Shown: positions 31,870 through 42,325 of the stretch, in pieces | Numbering within the stretch: the stretch's first letter is position 1 | Layout: every line of letters starts with the position of its first letter | Made by a program: the position numbers and the translations under genes | Notes under the pieces: model-generated | The model's input: the letters and a program-made list of their open reading frames with translations, nothing else | Databases searched by the model: none | What the model was told of the DNA's origin: nothing | Assembly: GCA_963932905.1 (NCBI GenBank) | Contig: CAWVRN010000004.1 | Span: 96,001-160,000, forward strand | Direction of reading: 5' to 3' | Source of the DNA: an uncultured Bdellovibrio sp. | Lineage (GTDB): Bacteria; Bdellovibrionota; Bdellovibrionia; Bdellovibrionales; Bdellovibrionaceae | DNA length: 64,000 nt

Positions 31870-33983
31870 TAAATACTTTTCGGCAAGGCCACCGCCTTAG
31901 CCTCTAGCAATTCAGCTTTCATCCCAGAAAAAAGAATTTTAAGTTCAGTTTCTGGATTTTCCAATTCCAATAATGCTCTGTTGTCGACAGTGATATTCAA
32001 CTCGCCACCCGCTTGCAAGTCGGTCACAACAAAACTAGTCGGAAACTCACTGCCGTTAATGAATACCTTTTCCAAGCGCGAGTTTTCCACTACCTTGAAT
32101 TTAAAAACCAACAAACTAAAAAGACGAACATCTTTGCCCGAGACCGGAACTTTATCAAAAACAATTTCTAAATCTGAACCAATTTTCTCAATAGTATGTT
32201 TTATTTTCGCTGCAGAACTATCCCATTCCAGTCCCGGGAAATCAGATCTTAAAGTGTATTTTCTATGTTGTTCGATAAAATTTGCGCATTCGGATTTAAT
32301 CGCACTATAAACACTAGTGTATGTGTCAGAGCTAAAAACACTACTGCGATTGTTTGACAAGGAAATATAGCTAATCTTTAAATCAAACCAACTTGGTTCG
32401 TACGACAACCAATAATTTCCCGGATTAGATCTAAACATAGGAGCCATTATAAACTCGGAAGCGAAGTACCAACCCTTAGCAGTTAAATTTACGCGATCCA
32501 AACATTTCGCTTCCTCGTAATGTTTGCTCACATCACTGCTAAGTATTCTAATAAAATGATCTCTAAATTGCCCTGTGATACCATACATGCCTAAAAATAA
32601 AGGTAAAACGACAAAACAAATAACTAGTTTTATATAACGACGTGTGCATTTAGTGTATTCTCTGAATCCCAATCCCCACAAAAATAAAGCACCTGCTAAG
32701 CCCGAGATACGATACCAATCGTTTGCAATCGCAAAATCAACATAACCTTGAGGAGTTTTGTGCCCAACCGGTCCAATACCACGACCCAAAAATACAACCG
32801 CAAAACTTATAAACAAAAAACAAAATGTCATGAGATGGTTTTTAATGATGCGCTCGTTTTTTCTGTTAGCAAAAATAAAAACGCACGCAAAAATAATCCC
32901 ACGTAGAAGCGGTTCTATAAAATAAGTATTTCCGTATATTTTTCCAAAAATACCCCTAACTATGATTCCATCAAAAATAGCAACAACCGGCCACAGTAGT
33001 GGTCGTAGTATATTGGGCTCATGACCGTGACGTGTGCCATTGGCCACCCAAAGTAGGTTTGTAACAACGTCTTCTGTGTATACGGAAAATACTACCTTCC
33101 GGATAAAGTAAAATATTAACAACGTTAAAACGCCTGGAACAATAACTGGCCAGTGAGAATGACGAATAATTTTCGTTTTTTGTTTCCAATCAAAATCACG
33201 CAACACAAACCAACCAACAGAAAAAATAGGAAATACTAAACCCGTTGTCCACGTAAGATGGCTCAGGGTAAACAGACCAACCATCCAAAAAAGTGACTTG
33301 TTTCGATTTTGCTCATTGATTCGACTTTGAACCCATAAACCTAAAAGCCCAAAGATAGCACTAAATGTTATCGCATCCGTACTTATCCAAAACAATATGG
33401 ACGAATACCCAGGAAATGTCAGAAAAGCCAAAGAGGTTAAGAATGCAATGCCTTTAGCTTTTTTATATAAAATACGGAATAAAATTTCTGCAAGTGCCGC
33501 CATCCCCAAGACGCCAAAATAAGGAAGCACACTCATGTAGTTCAGACCGCCGAAGATATTGATCAGAGACCATTGAATAAGGCGCCAAATCGGTGTCACG
33601 TGATCTACAAACGGAATCCAAAGCCCATCCCAATTAAGTCGTGTAATCGCTAAAGTGTGGTACCAATCATCTTGAAAAAGATAAGATTGAGTTAATCGAA
33701 TTCCGTAAAGAATAGAGGGAAACAAAACAAACATCGAGACTCGATGCAAAGTTTTTAGCCGATTCAAATAACCTATTACAAAGACTATAAACCAAAACCC
33801 AAGCCAAATCTGATGGCTTACAATCAAATTGCTATTAACGACTTTATCGCCATCCTTAAGCGGGGCCACCGAAGTAAAGTCTTTGTATGTTAGTAGGAAA
33901 TAGAGGCAACAAAAGGCGAAAAACAATCCACGTTTATGCTTTAGAAGTTTAAGATATACAGTTTTAAACGTGGACGATTTCAC
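31848..33983 (-). CDS. Large membrane protein, GT-C-like glycosyltransferase candidate
   Basis: FQDDW acidic motif followed by PFVDHVTP, many TMs, soluble C-terminal domain. Confidence 0.55.
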   Translation of the reverse strand: MKSSTFKTVYLKLLKHKRGLFFAFCCLYFLLTYKDFTSVAPLKDGDKVVNSNLIVSHQIWLGFWFIVFVIGYLNRLKTLHRVSMFVLFPSILYGIRLTQSYLFQDDWYHTLAITRLNWDGLWIPFVDHVTPIWRLIQWSLINIFGGLNYMSVLPYFGVLGMAALAEILFRILYKKAKGIAFLTSLAFLTFPGYSSILFWISTDAITFSAIFGLLGLWVQSRINEQNRNKSLFWMVGLFTLSHLTWTTGLVFPIFSVGWFVLRDFDWKQKTKIIRHSHWPVIVPGVLTLLIFYFIRKVVFSVYTEDVVTNLLWVANGTRHGHEPNILRPLLWPVVAIFDGIIVRGIFGKIYGNTYFIEPLLRGIIFACVFIFANRKNERIIKNHLMTFCFLFISFAVVFLGRGIGPVGHKTPQGYVDFAIANDWYRISGLAGALFLWGLGFREYTKCTRRYIKLVICFVVLPLFLGMYGITGQFRDHFIRILSSDVSKHYEEAKCLDRVNLTAKGWYFASEFIMAPMFRSNPGNYWLSYEPSWFDLKISYISLSNNRSSVFSSDTYTSVYSAIKSECANFIEQHRKYTLRSDFPGLEWDSSAAKIKHTIEKIGSDLEIVFDKVPVSGKDVRLFSLLVFKFKVVENSRLEKVFINGSEFPTSFVVTDLQAGGELNITVDNRALLELENPETELKILFSGMKAELLEAKAVALPKSIYYLNSFK

Positions 33984-33986
33984 AGA

Positions 33987-34718
33987 CTAAATCACGCTTG
34001 AATGATGAGATTCGAATTCTTTGATCCGTTCGATTGAATAAAAAGAATGGTAACTTTGTGCAGGTATTTTCTGCATTTGAATTTTCTTACCTTCCAGAAT
34101 CAATTCGTTAAAAACTTGGGAGTTATAATAAAATCCATTTACGTTAGAATCTTTTAAAATCATTTTCATCGCCGCACGCGCAAAGTCTTCACCATGTTTA
34201 AAATAATACGTTCCGGCAATCGCATTTCGACTGATTGGCATTTTCTCAGCCGTTTGATTAACAAAACCATCTGAATTAGTTTTCGCAAAAGACCATTGAG
34301 GATGAACCGAATCAAAACAAATTAATCCACCGTCAGCATTACTTTCCATAAGTGGCTTAAATAACTCCTCAACGGAGATATCGAAGTAATGGTCAAAATT
34401 AGAAATGATAAGCGGATCTTTAGTGTTAAAATGCTCGATTGCCAGCAGACAACTACAAGCGGCACCTGATGACGGCCCTGATTGAACTACCACTTCACTT
34501 TCCGGAGCCAACAATTTCAAAGTTTTATCCAAATGATATTTATCGCAGTCTTGTTGATTTACGATAAACAAAAACTTCTTCTCTCCTTTTAACTGGCTAA
34601 AAAAGTGGATTGGATAGCGAACCATCGGGTGCGTTTTGATTTCAAATAATGGTTTTGGAAACAAAGTATCTGAGAAAAACTTAGACTCACCGGCCATAGG
34701 AATTAATATATTAAGCAT
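33987..34718 (-). CDS. Sugar-phosphate nucleotidyltransferase-like protein (paralog 1)
   Basis: ILIPMAGESKF, PKPL, GAACSC, SNFDH, HPQWSF, AEKMPIS, FYY. Confidence 0.8.
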   Translation of the reverse strand: MLNILIPMAGESKFFSDTLFPKPLFEIKTHPMVRYPIHFFSQLKGEKKFLFIVNQQDCDKYHLDKTLKLLAPESEVVVQSGPSSGAACSCLLAIEHFNTKDPLIISNFDHYFDISVEELFKPLMESNADGGLICFDSVHPQWSFAKTNSDGFVNQTAEKMPISRNAIAGTYYFKHGEDFARAAMKMILKDSNVNGFYYNSQVFNELILEGKKIQMQKIPAQSYHSFYSIERIKEFESHHSSVI

Positions 34719-35355
34719 GTTTTACGTTTCCTTTTTCCACTTGGCTAATAAAACCAAAAACACTTTCGTAGCTTACGTCTTTTGTTGTTTCTACACGAAG
34801 TACATTGCCGCCAGCAGCATAAGCCGCTTTTAATCCGTTTTGGTTATCTTCAACGATCACACATTCTTTTGGATTTAAACTGAATTTCTGAATGGCCTTG
34901 GTATAAATTTCAGGATCTGGTTTCGGCTTAGCCACATCTTGATTAGATAAAACGGCATCTAAGAACGGAGCTAAACCGGCTTTTTCCATCATCAAATCGA
35001 TAGTGTCGCGTATAGAGTTCGAGCAAACAGCAATCTTATAACCAGATTGCTTAAGCTGTGAAAGCAAATACTGGTGTTGAAATATCGGCTTACACTTAGA
35101 AAAAATAATTTCCATTGTGTATTGCTGCTTAAGTTCGTTGATAAATTTATGTAGTGCGCGCGGAAGTCCGCGTTCCAATGAAAGCATTTCTAATTTTGTT
35201 TTTGTCGGAAGACCATCGTAGGTAATTAAGTGATCATAACGACTGATCGTAAAACCAAAATGCCCTAATGCTTTATTTAGGGCCTCGTAATGCCAATCTT
35301 TCGCTTCGATTAACACTCCGTCCATATCGAAAAGTACTGCCTTTACCTTATCCAT
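34711..35355 (-). CDS. HAD-superfamily phosphatase
   Basis: FDMDGVL, CSNS, KPKPDPEIY, IVEDN. Confidence 0.9.
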   Translation of the reverse strand: MDKVKAVLFDMDGVLIEAKDWHYEALNKALGHFGFTISRYDHLITYDGLPTKTKLEMLSLERGLPRALHKFINELKQQYTMEIIFSKCKPIFQHQYLLSQLKQSGYKIAVCSNSIRDTIDLMMEKAGLAPFLDAVLSNQDVAKPKPDPEIYTKAIQKFSLNPKECVIVEDNQNGLKAAYAAGGNVLRVETTKDVSYESVFGFISQVEKGNVKHA

Positions 35356-35977
35356 ATATTGCTTCCTTCGCTTGATCTGGAAAATCAGTGCATAAACTAA
35401 CTTTTGAATTATCTTTAAAAAGTCTTAAAAAATCCCAACATTTTTTATGCTCGCGTTTATGTAGTTCCGATGAAACGACACACACTTTTTTTCCGGCCTT
35501 TAAATGTTCAGATATTGTGGATTCTTGAAACCACATTTCTTTGAATTGATCCAACCAAATACCTGCTGCTCTGTCGTACAAATTGGGACTTTCTTCATAT
35601 TCACTATGTCTTGAAAAATAGACCAATTCGTTGTTTCGATACCTCAATAACTCTGGCACCGAGGCATCAAAAACAAAGTAGTTTTTGATTTGAAATCTAT
35701 GGAGGAGTTCTTTTACCTTATCACTAATGCCATCCGTCTTAACATTCAAAGCCAGAGTAACGTGGCTGTTATAACTTTTATAATTTTTCAAAACATCTTC
35801 AAAGTAAATCGGTGTTTGGCCTACATAGGGGTCATGAGAAATGATCACTTTTCCGTTAAAATCGCGAATATCTGTTTCAATCCCGTATTTCTTTTCAAAA
35901 CACTGAGTAAAAGACACCATTGTGTTTTGCTCATGCTTTTCTTTCCAGAAACCGCGATGCGCTATCATTTCAATCAT
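35348..35977 (-). CDS. Glycerophosphodiester-phosphodiesterase-like (PLC-like TIM barrel) protein
   Basis: IAHRG, QNT, GIETDIR, ISHD, LNVK, SSELH, CTD. Confidence 0.8.
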   Translation of the reverse strand: MIEMIAHRGFWKEKHEQNTMVSFTQCFEKKYGIETDIRDFNGKVIISHDPYVGQTPIYFEDVLKNYKSYNSHVTLALNVKTDGISDKVKELLHRFQIKNYFVFDASVPELLRYRNNELVYFSRHSEYEESPNLYDRAAGIWLDQFKEMWFQESTISEHLKAGKKVCVVSSELHKREHKKCWDFLRLFKDNSKVSLCTDFPDQAKEAIYG

Positions 35978-36687
35978 CTTAAACTCCGGATATAAAACAT
36001 TTTTCTGATTGTTAAAAAATATATTTTCAAACGTTTACCCGACCAACTACTTATCCCTTCGCGACGAGCGTGGAATGACACTGGTATTTCGATGATCGAC
36101 CAATCATTTCTGCGAGCGGTATAGATCAACTGCGAATCCCAAACAAATGTAATTTGTTTTTCACCCTTTACTAGGGCTACGAGTTTTCTAGAAAACATTT
36201 TCGGAAGTGCATTTACATCCGAAGTTTTTAAATTCAAAATTAAATTACTCAAAAATGTATAAACGTAACTAACAAACTTAGTACTCCATTTGTCCATTCT
36301 CTGAATCCGGTTACCTTTAACCATAAAATTACTACTAGGGATGAGTTTAGATTGTTTTTGATATTCATCCCAAATTCTAGAAAGATCTTCGATAGAAACT
36401 TGCAAATCTCCTGGAATAAAACTTACAACATCGTTTTTTGCTATCCCAATGCCATACTGAATTCCACCGCCGTAATTTAAATTATTTTTTAAATTCACGA
36501 CCGACATCCAGTTACGCGTTTGAGCTAATTCTTCCAAAATTGTCTGGCTGTTATCATGAGAACCATTGTTTATTAAAACAACCTCACTCATTCCTTGGTC
36601 TACCAAACGACTTTTATCGATCTCGTCGATTAAAAAACGAATGTTCTTTTCCTCGTTATAAAGGGGAATCACCAAACTAAAATTCAT
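35974..36687 (-). CDS. GT2 glycosyltransferase, polyprenyl-phosphate-sugar synthase-like
   Basis: VIPLYNEE, INNGSHD, NLNYGG, PGDLQ, DVNALPK, EIPVSFHARREG. Confidence 0.83.
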   Translation of the reverse strand: MNFSLVIPLYNEEKNIRFLIDEIDKSRLVDQGMSEVVLINNGSHDNSQTILEELAQTRNWMSVVNLKNNLNYGGGIQYGIGIAKNDVVSFIPGDLQVSIEDLSRIWDEYQKQSKLIPSSNFMVKGNRIQRMDKWSTKFVSYVYTFLSNLILNLKTSDVNALPKMFSRKLVALVKGEKQITFVWDSQLIYTARRNDWSIIEIPVSFHARREGISSWSGKRLKIYFLTIRKMFYIRSLR

Positions 36688-36688
36688 T

Positions 36689-37432
36689 CTATATTCTCTG
36701 AGAAATTGGGTGGGCTAAAAACTTTTCAAGGTCGGACGGGATACCTAAGCCATACATTCCGTCAAATTCTGATCCTACATTAAAATACCCCAGCTTTTTC
36801 CCATCTTTAACCATGTAGTTATAAACAGGAGCTACGTAAAATTCGTTGTTAGTACGATCGTTAAGTTCAATCATTTTTTTTGCGTAACTTACGAAGTCAC
36901 TACCCTTTTTAAAATTATAGATTCCGACAGTCGCCTCATCGGAGATTACTTTCTTTTCAATGACTTGATTAATGCTCCCGTTGCTATCGAAACCAATGAA
37001 AGACCATTTAGGATCATCGGCTTTCATAGTCATAATATAGCCGTCGTATTTTCCATTACGGTTATCCTTCAAATATTCATCTATTTTAAAATCCACATAC
37101 TGATCAGAATTGGCAATCATAAGCTCATCAGAATTGTTAATAAACTTTTCTGCTAACATTACTGTGCAAGCAGCACCTTCCGTAACACCGTCCACAGGAA
37201 CAACTTCATAATTAGAACCCAGCGATTTTAAAAACTGACTCAGATTGTACTCTTGCATATGATCCTTCTGACAAAGGAAAATAAATCTATGCTCTTCACT
37301 TGGTTTTAAATTTTCAACCACAACTTGAATCATCGGCTTATTTTTCACATCAATCATTGGCTTCGGTTTTTTATATCCAGCCACCGCGAAACGACTACCT
37401 CGACCAGCCATGGGCACTACGATATTAAGCAT
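36689..37432 (-). CDS. Sugar-phosphate nucleotidyltransferase-like protein (paralog 2)
   Basis: VVPMAGRGSRF, PKPMI, TEGAACT, ANSDQ, PKWSF, EKKVIS, NEFYVAPVYN, GLGIPSDL. Confidence 0.83.
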   Translation of the reverse strand: MLNIVVPMAGRGSRFAVAGYKKPKPMIDVKNKPMIQVVVENLKPSEEHRFIFLCQKDHMQEYNLSQFLKSLGSNYEVVPVDGVTEGAACTVMLAEKFINNSDELMIANSDQYVDFKIDEYLKDNRNGKYDGYIMTMKADDPKWSFIGFDSNGSINQVIEKKVISDEATVGIYNFKKGSDFVSYAKKMIELNDRTNNEFYVAPVYNYMVKDGKKLGYFNVGSEFDGMYGLGIPSDLEKFLAHPISQRI

Positions 37433-38801
37433 TTACGCCTCCTCGTTTTATTAGTTCGTTCCAAAGCCATTGCGCACTTTCTTTCCAGGTTGGAACTTTC
37501 ACATTAGCTTTTTCAACTTGTTTAGAATTAAAATCAAAATTTGATAAGTAGGTTACTAAATCTTCCGGACGTTTTATGTCGAAATACTTAACTAATGTTC
37601 CACCCACTTCGCGATGAATAGGCGTATCGCTGACAAAAACAGGTAATCCCCACTGCAGGCCTTCTATAATTGGCAACCCAAACCCTTCAACGATGGAAGG
37701 AAACAAAAGTAGTTTTGAATTACGATAGGCATAAGCGACGTCCATATCGGATGCATCATTAAACATAAACATTTTTTTGCCCATCATTGGATGTGATAAG
37801 ATGCGATTTAAAAGATCATCAACTTTCCAACCAATGCGCCCAATAATACACAAACTACCATCAAATCCATTGGCCCATAGTTTATCAAACGCATTTAACA
37901 AATATTCATGATTCTTTCTTGGTTCAACAGTACAAACAATCAAACACATCTTTTCCGTTTTTCGATACGCATTTATTACGGCTACGTCTACTTTAGTTTC
38001 ATCAACTTCTTTGATTCTAAAGTTGCTACCCAAATGAAAGAAACCAATTTCAGGCATCGCCGAGTGATTTAAAATTCTAGGTGTTAAAAACGCTTTTAAA
38101 TCATTAGCCACCGTTTCAGATATACATACAAATTTGTCGACATGTTTTACTGCTTTATCAAAATATTTTTTAAATACATCAACAAGGAAATCATCGCAAA
38201 ACTGAGGATGCGTGATTGGGATTAGGTCATAAACAACGTTACAGACTTTTCCCTTGCTATCTTTGAATCGTTCGATCTCTGGCCAAAATTTCACATACCA
38301 AGACGAATCTAGAAGTAATAGAATATCGCTTTCTTTAAACTCTAGCTTTGGTCTAGTTAAAATATTCACCTTTTCTATTTTAAGAGCTTTGCGAACGCGC
38401 CAAACTACATTCAAAGTCGGATTAAACATATATTTTCCAACCACATGAGCTAAGGTGCGAGGGTTGTATCTTGGCCCCGTTACGAAAAATTTCAGTTTTC
38501 CTTCCGGAAGAAAAAAACCAACAAAGTGCCTAGTTTTTAAAAACACGATTTTCCCAGCGTAAAGTATGTTTTCTTGTAATGTAGAAGGACGCGCCGGTTG
38601 ACTTGGAATAAATGCTTGCTCTACAAACCGACCTCTCTCAAAAACTATCGTTTTAATTTCGTATTGAGTCGGGTCCACAATTTGGGGCAAGTAGTGAATA
38701 ACTTCTTTAACGACACGTTGAATCCCAGTGTTAAGACCACTGATCATTGTGTGAGTGCATTCGACATAAAGTATCGGCTTTTTAACTGTGACGTCTGACA
38801 T
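37425..38801 (-). CDS. Glycosyltransferase family 4 (WbpX-like)
   Basis: NTGIQRVV, YDLIPITHPQF, TVEPRKNH, EGFGLPIIEG. Confidence 0.9.
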   Translation of the reverse strand: MSDVTVKKPILYVECTHTMISGLNTGIQRVVKEVIHYLPQIVDPTQYEIKTIVFERGRFVEQAFIPSQPARPSTLQENILYAGKIVFLKTRHFVGFFLPEGKLKFFVTGPRYNPRTLAHVVGKYMFNPTLNVVWRVRKALKIEKVNILTRPKLEFKESDILLLLDSSWYVKFWPEIERFKDSKGKVCNVVYDLIPITHPQFCDDFLVDVFKKYFDKAVKHVDKFVCISETVANDLKAFLTPRILNHSAMPEIGFFHLGSNFRIKEVDETKVDVAVINAYRKTEKMCLIVCTVEPRKNHEYLLNAFDKLWANGFDGSLCIIGRIGWKVDDLLNRILSHPMMGKKMFMFNDASDMDVAYAYRNSKLLLFPSIVEGFGLPIIEGLQWGLPVFVSDTPIHREVGGTLVKYFDIKRPEDLVTYLSNFDFNSKQVEKANVKVPTWKESAQWLWNELIKRGGVNA

Positions 38802-38824
38802 AGTATCTCGCTTAAAGTATGAAT

Positions 38825-40108
38825 TTAACTATTTAATTTCTCGAAGAAAATATCGGCTGATTCGTCCCATGTCATCCACTTTTTAGGCTTCGGTGGAACA
38901 TCTTTTTTGTTATTGGAAATCAGATCAACCAGTGGCTTTTTATCCTCTAACGAGAAATATTCAGGATATTCTGCACCGACTTCTCTAAAAACAGGGATTT
39001 CGCTGCAGAAAACCCTTAATCCACTAGCCATAGCCTCAACTATAGGCAAACCAAAGCCTTCTACATAAGAAGCAAATATCAAACCTTGTGCATTTTTATA
39101 GGCGAACAAAAGTTCTTCATCTGACGCATCGGCAAAGAAAAACAGCTTTTTATTCAGCTCAGGGTGGTGTTGCATTCTAGCAATAACATGGTCACACTTC
39201 CAACCGATACGGCCTATTATTACCAGTTTATCTTGCCTTCCCTGTCGCCAAACTCGATCAAAAACATCTAAAATAAACGCGTGATTTTTCCGCGGCTCAA
39301 TTGTACCTACAACCAGCCAAATTGGGGCCCCTTCAAAAATGGTTTCGAATCCCTCGCGTTTTGGCATGACTCCGTTTTTTTTGGGTGGACGAAAATCAGA
39401 GCCTAAAAGGAAGTAATCGACGTTGAAGTTTCCGTGTGGCAGTACTCTATCTAGGTAGTCCCGCAGTTCAGTTGCCACAGAATTTGAAATCCCGATAAAA
39501 TTTTTCACTCGTAATGCCAGTTCCGGCAAACGTTTCATGAACAAAGGTTGGGTTAGCTCTTCCACAAACTCAGGATGAGTTACCGGTATCAAATCATAAA
39601 TCAAAGAATAAATCTGTTCTCGAGGAAGCCTGGTGTTGTCAATCGATTTAGCGATATCGTAAGTCCAAAACGCATCGACCAGAATCAATTTGTCATGTTT
39701 TTCAAATCTGACTTTTTTATTTCCCGACACTCGAACGGTTCGAAAAACTCGAAGTGTTTTAATCACCCAAAAAAGCTTTTTCAAAAGCCATTCCACAGCG
39801 TCAAATGTGCTTACAACCCAGTCAAACAGCATCCCGTCAGAATCAAACAGTTTTAACGTTCCCTGTCTAATTCGGTCAAAAGCTGTCTTTATCCGTTGCC
39901 CTATCGATGCAGTTACAGGCTTTGAATCCAACACAAATGCACGGTCGATTTCATAATAATTATTGTTAAAACTAATAACGGACGCGGCTTCTACTTCGTA
40001 TTTCTCTTTGTACAAATGATCCCGAGAAATAATGTTTCGTACAACACGTTGAATACCCGTGTTCAAACCGCTGTGATAAGTAAATGTGCAATCAAAATAA
40101 ATTTTCAT
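38825..40108 (-). CDS. Glycosyltransferase family 4 (WbpX-like), tandem paralog of 37425-38801
   Basis: NTGIQRVV, YDLIPVTHPEF, GTIEPRKNH, EGFGLPIVEA. Confidence 0.9.
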   Translation of the reverse strand: MKIYFDCTFTYHSGLNTGIQRVVRNIISRDHLYKEKYEVEAASVISFNNNYYEIDRAFVLDSKPVTASIGQRIKTAFDRIRQGTLKLFDSDGMLFDWVVSTFDAVEWLLKKLFWVIKTLRVFRTVRVSGNKKVRFEKHDKLILVDAFWTYDIAKSIDNTRLPREQIYSLIYDLIPVTHPEFVEELTQPLFMKRLPELALRVKNFIGISNSVATELRDYLDRVLPHGNFNVDYFLLGSDFRPPKKNGVMPKREGFETIFEGAPIWLVVGTIEPRKNHAFILDVFDRVWRQGRQDKLVIIGRIGWKCDHVIARMQHHPELNKKLFFFADASDEELLFAYKNAQGLIFASYVEGFGLPIVEAMASGLRVFCSEIPVFREVGAEYPEYFSLEDKKPLVDLISNNKKDVPPKPKKWMTWDESADIFFEKLNS

Positions 40109-40830
40109 TTTTTAACTAAACTGATGGAAAGATTTGGATCTAAAGGAACCCGACCGCCGAAATAGAAAATACCTAAAACCGTTTCAAAAATATTTCTAAG
40201 TGAATACAATACTCGTTTTACAAATACCGAACGTTTTCCCACCTTCAAACTCCGATAGGAATTGCAGGAATGCACCACTTCAAATCCTGTCGCAATACCT
40301 ACCTGGCGCATGCGTTCAGGTGTCAGCACAGTTACATGAGTCATATCTGCCCACTGAGTCTGGGTCGCGAACGGACTTAAACCATTTGGGAATCTACACA
40401 CCACTTTTCCACCCGCTTGAAGTAATGGATAAATCGAACGGAAAAGGTTCAAAATTTCATCCGGATACAAATGTTCCAAAACATCAAGAATAACAATCGT
40501 ATCAAATTTTTTCACGGATGAAGAAAGCTCAGCAAGGCGCTGCAGCGGCAAATGGTAAACTTCCAAACCTTGTTCTTGAGCCGGTTTTACGAAGGCATCG
40601 TTCACCTCCACGCCCACTACTTTTACCCCTTGAGCGTTTGCCCACTTTAAAAAATGCCCACTGCCAAAACCAATCTCCAGCATTGTACCGGTCATTGCAA
40701 CGTTGTGCTGTCGCATTTCTCCGGCGTAGAGGTCGTGATAGCTCTCGGATAAGGCATGGTCATTCCAGCCTTTAAAAACTCCGTACGAAGCATAAATTTG
40801 ATCTCGAAAATCCATTTTTACCACCCGCAT
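40105..40830 (-). CDS. Class I SAM-dependent methyltransferase
   Basis: LEIGFGSG, DVLEHL, RFPN, ADMTH. Confidence 0.85.
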   Translation of the reverse strand: MRVVKMDFRDQIYASYGVFKGWNDHALSESYHDLYAGEMRQHNVAMTGTMLEIGFGSGHFLKWANAQGVKVVGVEVNDAFVKPAQEQGLEVYHLPLQRLAELSSSVKKFDTIVILDVLEHLYPDEILNLFRSIYPLLQAGGKVVCRFPNGLSPFATQTQWADMTHVTVLTPERMRQVGIATGFEVVHSCNSYRSLKVGKRSVFVKRVLYSLRNIFETVLGIFYFGGRVPLDPNLSISLVKK

Positions 40831-40882
40831 CAGGTATATTAGCCTACTGTCTTTATGCCAAGAGTTTTGTTACTTTTTTTCA

Positions 40883-42319
40883 GTGCGAAAAGACTCTGCT
40901 AAAAACTCTTTATTCTCCTTGTTGTCGCTGCTGTTTCCAGTCGCATTGGGTTTGGTATTTATCCCTCACTTTATCCACGATTTTGGAAAGGAACGCTTTT
41001 CCTTTTTATCTTTGGTTTGGGCGTTGTTTGGCTATTTTAGCTTTCTTGATCTAGGGATCGGACGAACATTGACCAAAATCATCGCCTACGAAAGAGCGAA
41101 AACACAAACCGAACCTTCCTTCTCATTTATCGTATCGGCTCAGTACATAATTTTCTTTTTCAGTTTCTTGTTCAGTATTTTAGTTTTCTTTTCAGCGCCC
41201 GCTATTGTTTACGAATTCTTAAAGATCAGTCCCGAACACCGCATCGAGTTTATTAATTCTATACATATCGTAGCTTTTGGAATTCCACTAGTAACAATGA
41301 CATCGCTGAATCGATCTATTTTAGAAGGTTTCAACGATTTTACATCGGCTAATATTTTGCAAACCTTAGCGGGTATTTTTCTTTTCATCATGCCGTTTGC
41401 GGCATGGAAAATAGAACCTTCGATGACATCTGTCTGCAACGCTATTGTTTTCAGCCGCCTGATTGTCTACAGCTTAAGCCACTATTTTTATAAAAGGAAG
41501 CTCCCCAAACTGGAATGGAATCCCACTTCAACATATGAGCATTTTAAGATGCTTATGTCCCATGGCGTATGGATTACGATTTCCAATGTCCTATCTCCGA
41601 TCATGTCTAGTTTTGACAAAATTCTTCTCGGTAGCTTTACGGCACTTAGTAACGTAGCTTTCTATACAACCCCAATGGAAATGGCTTCTCGTCTATGGGC
41701 GATACCAAGCGCTGTGACTCGTATATTTTTTCCTCAGTTTGCCGCCGCCGAAAAAGACGAACATATTCAGCAACACTTCCGTCACGCCGGGCAAATTATG
41801 GGACTTTTTATATGGCCCGTCTGCTTAATCGCCTTTGTTTTTGCTCGTGAATTAATTTCGTTATGGATCAGCCCCGAATTTTCTGAACAATCCTACCCTT
41901 TAGCGCAATGGATGCTCATTGGCATTTTGTTTAATGCGTTTAACTGGATACCATTCGGATGGCTGCAGGCGACTAAACACGTTCATTGGACCGTGTACAC
42001 CGTAATCTTAGAAGTGCCACTGTTTCTAATTGCATTTTATTTTTTCACGGAACGTTTCGGATTAATAGGATCTGCGGCTGTTTGGACTGGTCGATTGATT
42101 TTTGACTATTTTCTGACGTACATTGTTTGCTCATTCTTCCGCCCAGCATTAATCAAAGAATTTAGATTTTCATTTTCATACTTAGCCACAGGAACTACGG
42201 CAATAGTCACTTTGGCACTAGTTCCTGATTTGAATATTAGAATTTTAACTTCCCTAGTTTATTTAGTTGGCTTTATCCTACTTAACCGCAAGCTGATCAA
42301 AGAAATGCTAATTCGTTAG
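40883..42319 (+). CDS. wzx: MOP-family oligosaccharide flippase
   Basis: About 12-14 TMs, FLDLGIG, SFDKILLG, AFYTTP, FFPQFA. Confidence 0.85.
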   Translation: MRKDSAKNSLFSLLSLLFPVALGLVFIPHFIHDFGKERFSFLSLVWALFGYFSFLDLGIGRTLTKIIAYERAKTQTEPSFSFIVSAQYIIFFFSFLFSILVFFSAPAIVYEFLKISPEHRIEFINSIHIVAFGIPLVTMTSLNRSILEGFNDFTSANILQTLAGIFLFIMPFAAWKIEPSMTSVCNAIVFSRLIVYSLSHYFYKRKLPKLEWNPTSTYEHFKMLMSHGVWITISNVLSPIMSSFDKILLGSFTALSNVAFYTTPMEMASRLWAIPSAVTRIFFPQFAAAEKDEHIQQHFRHAGQIMGLFIWPVCLIAFVFARELISLWISPEFSEQSYPLAQWMLIGILFNAFNWIPFGWLQATKHVHWTVYTVILEVPLFLIAFYFFTERFGLIGSAAVWTGRLIFDYFLTYIVCSFFRPALIKEFRFSFSYLATGTTAIVTLALVPDLNIRILTSLVYLVGFILLNRKLIKEMLIR

Positions 42320-42325
42320 CAAACA

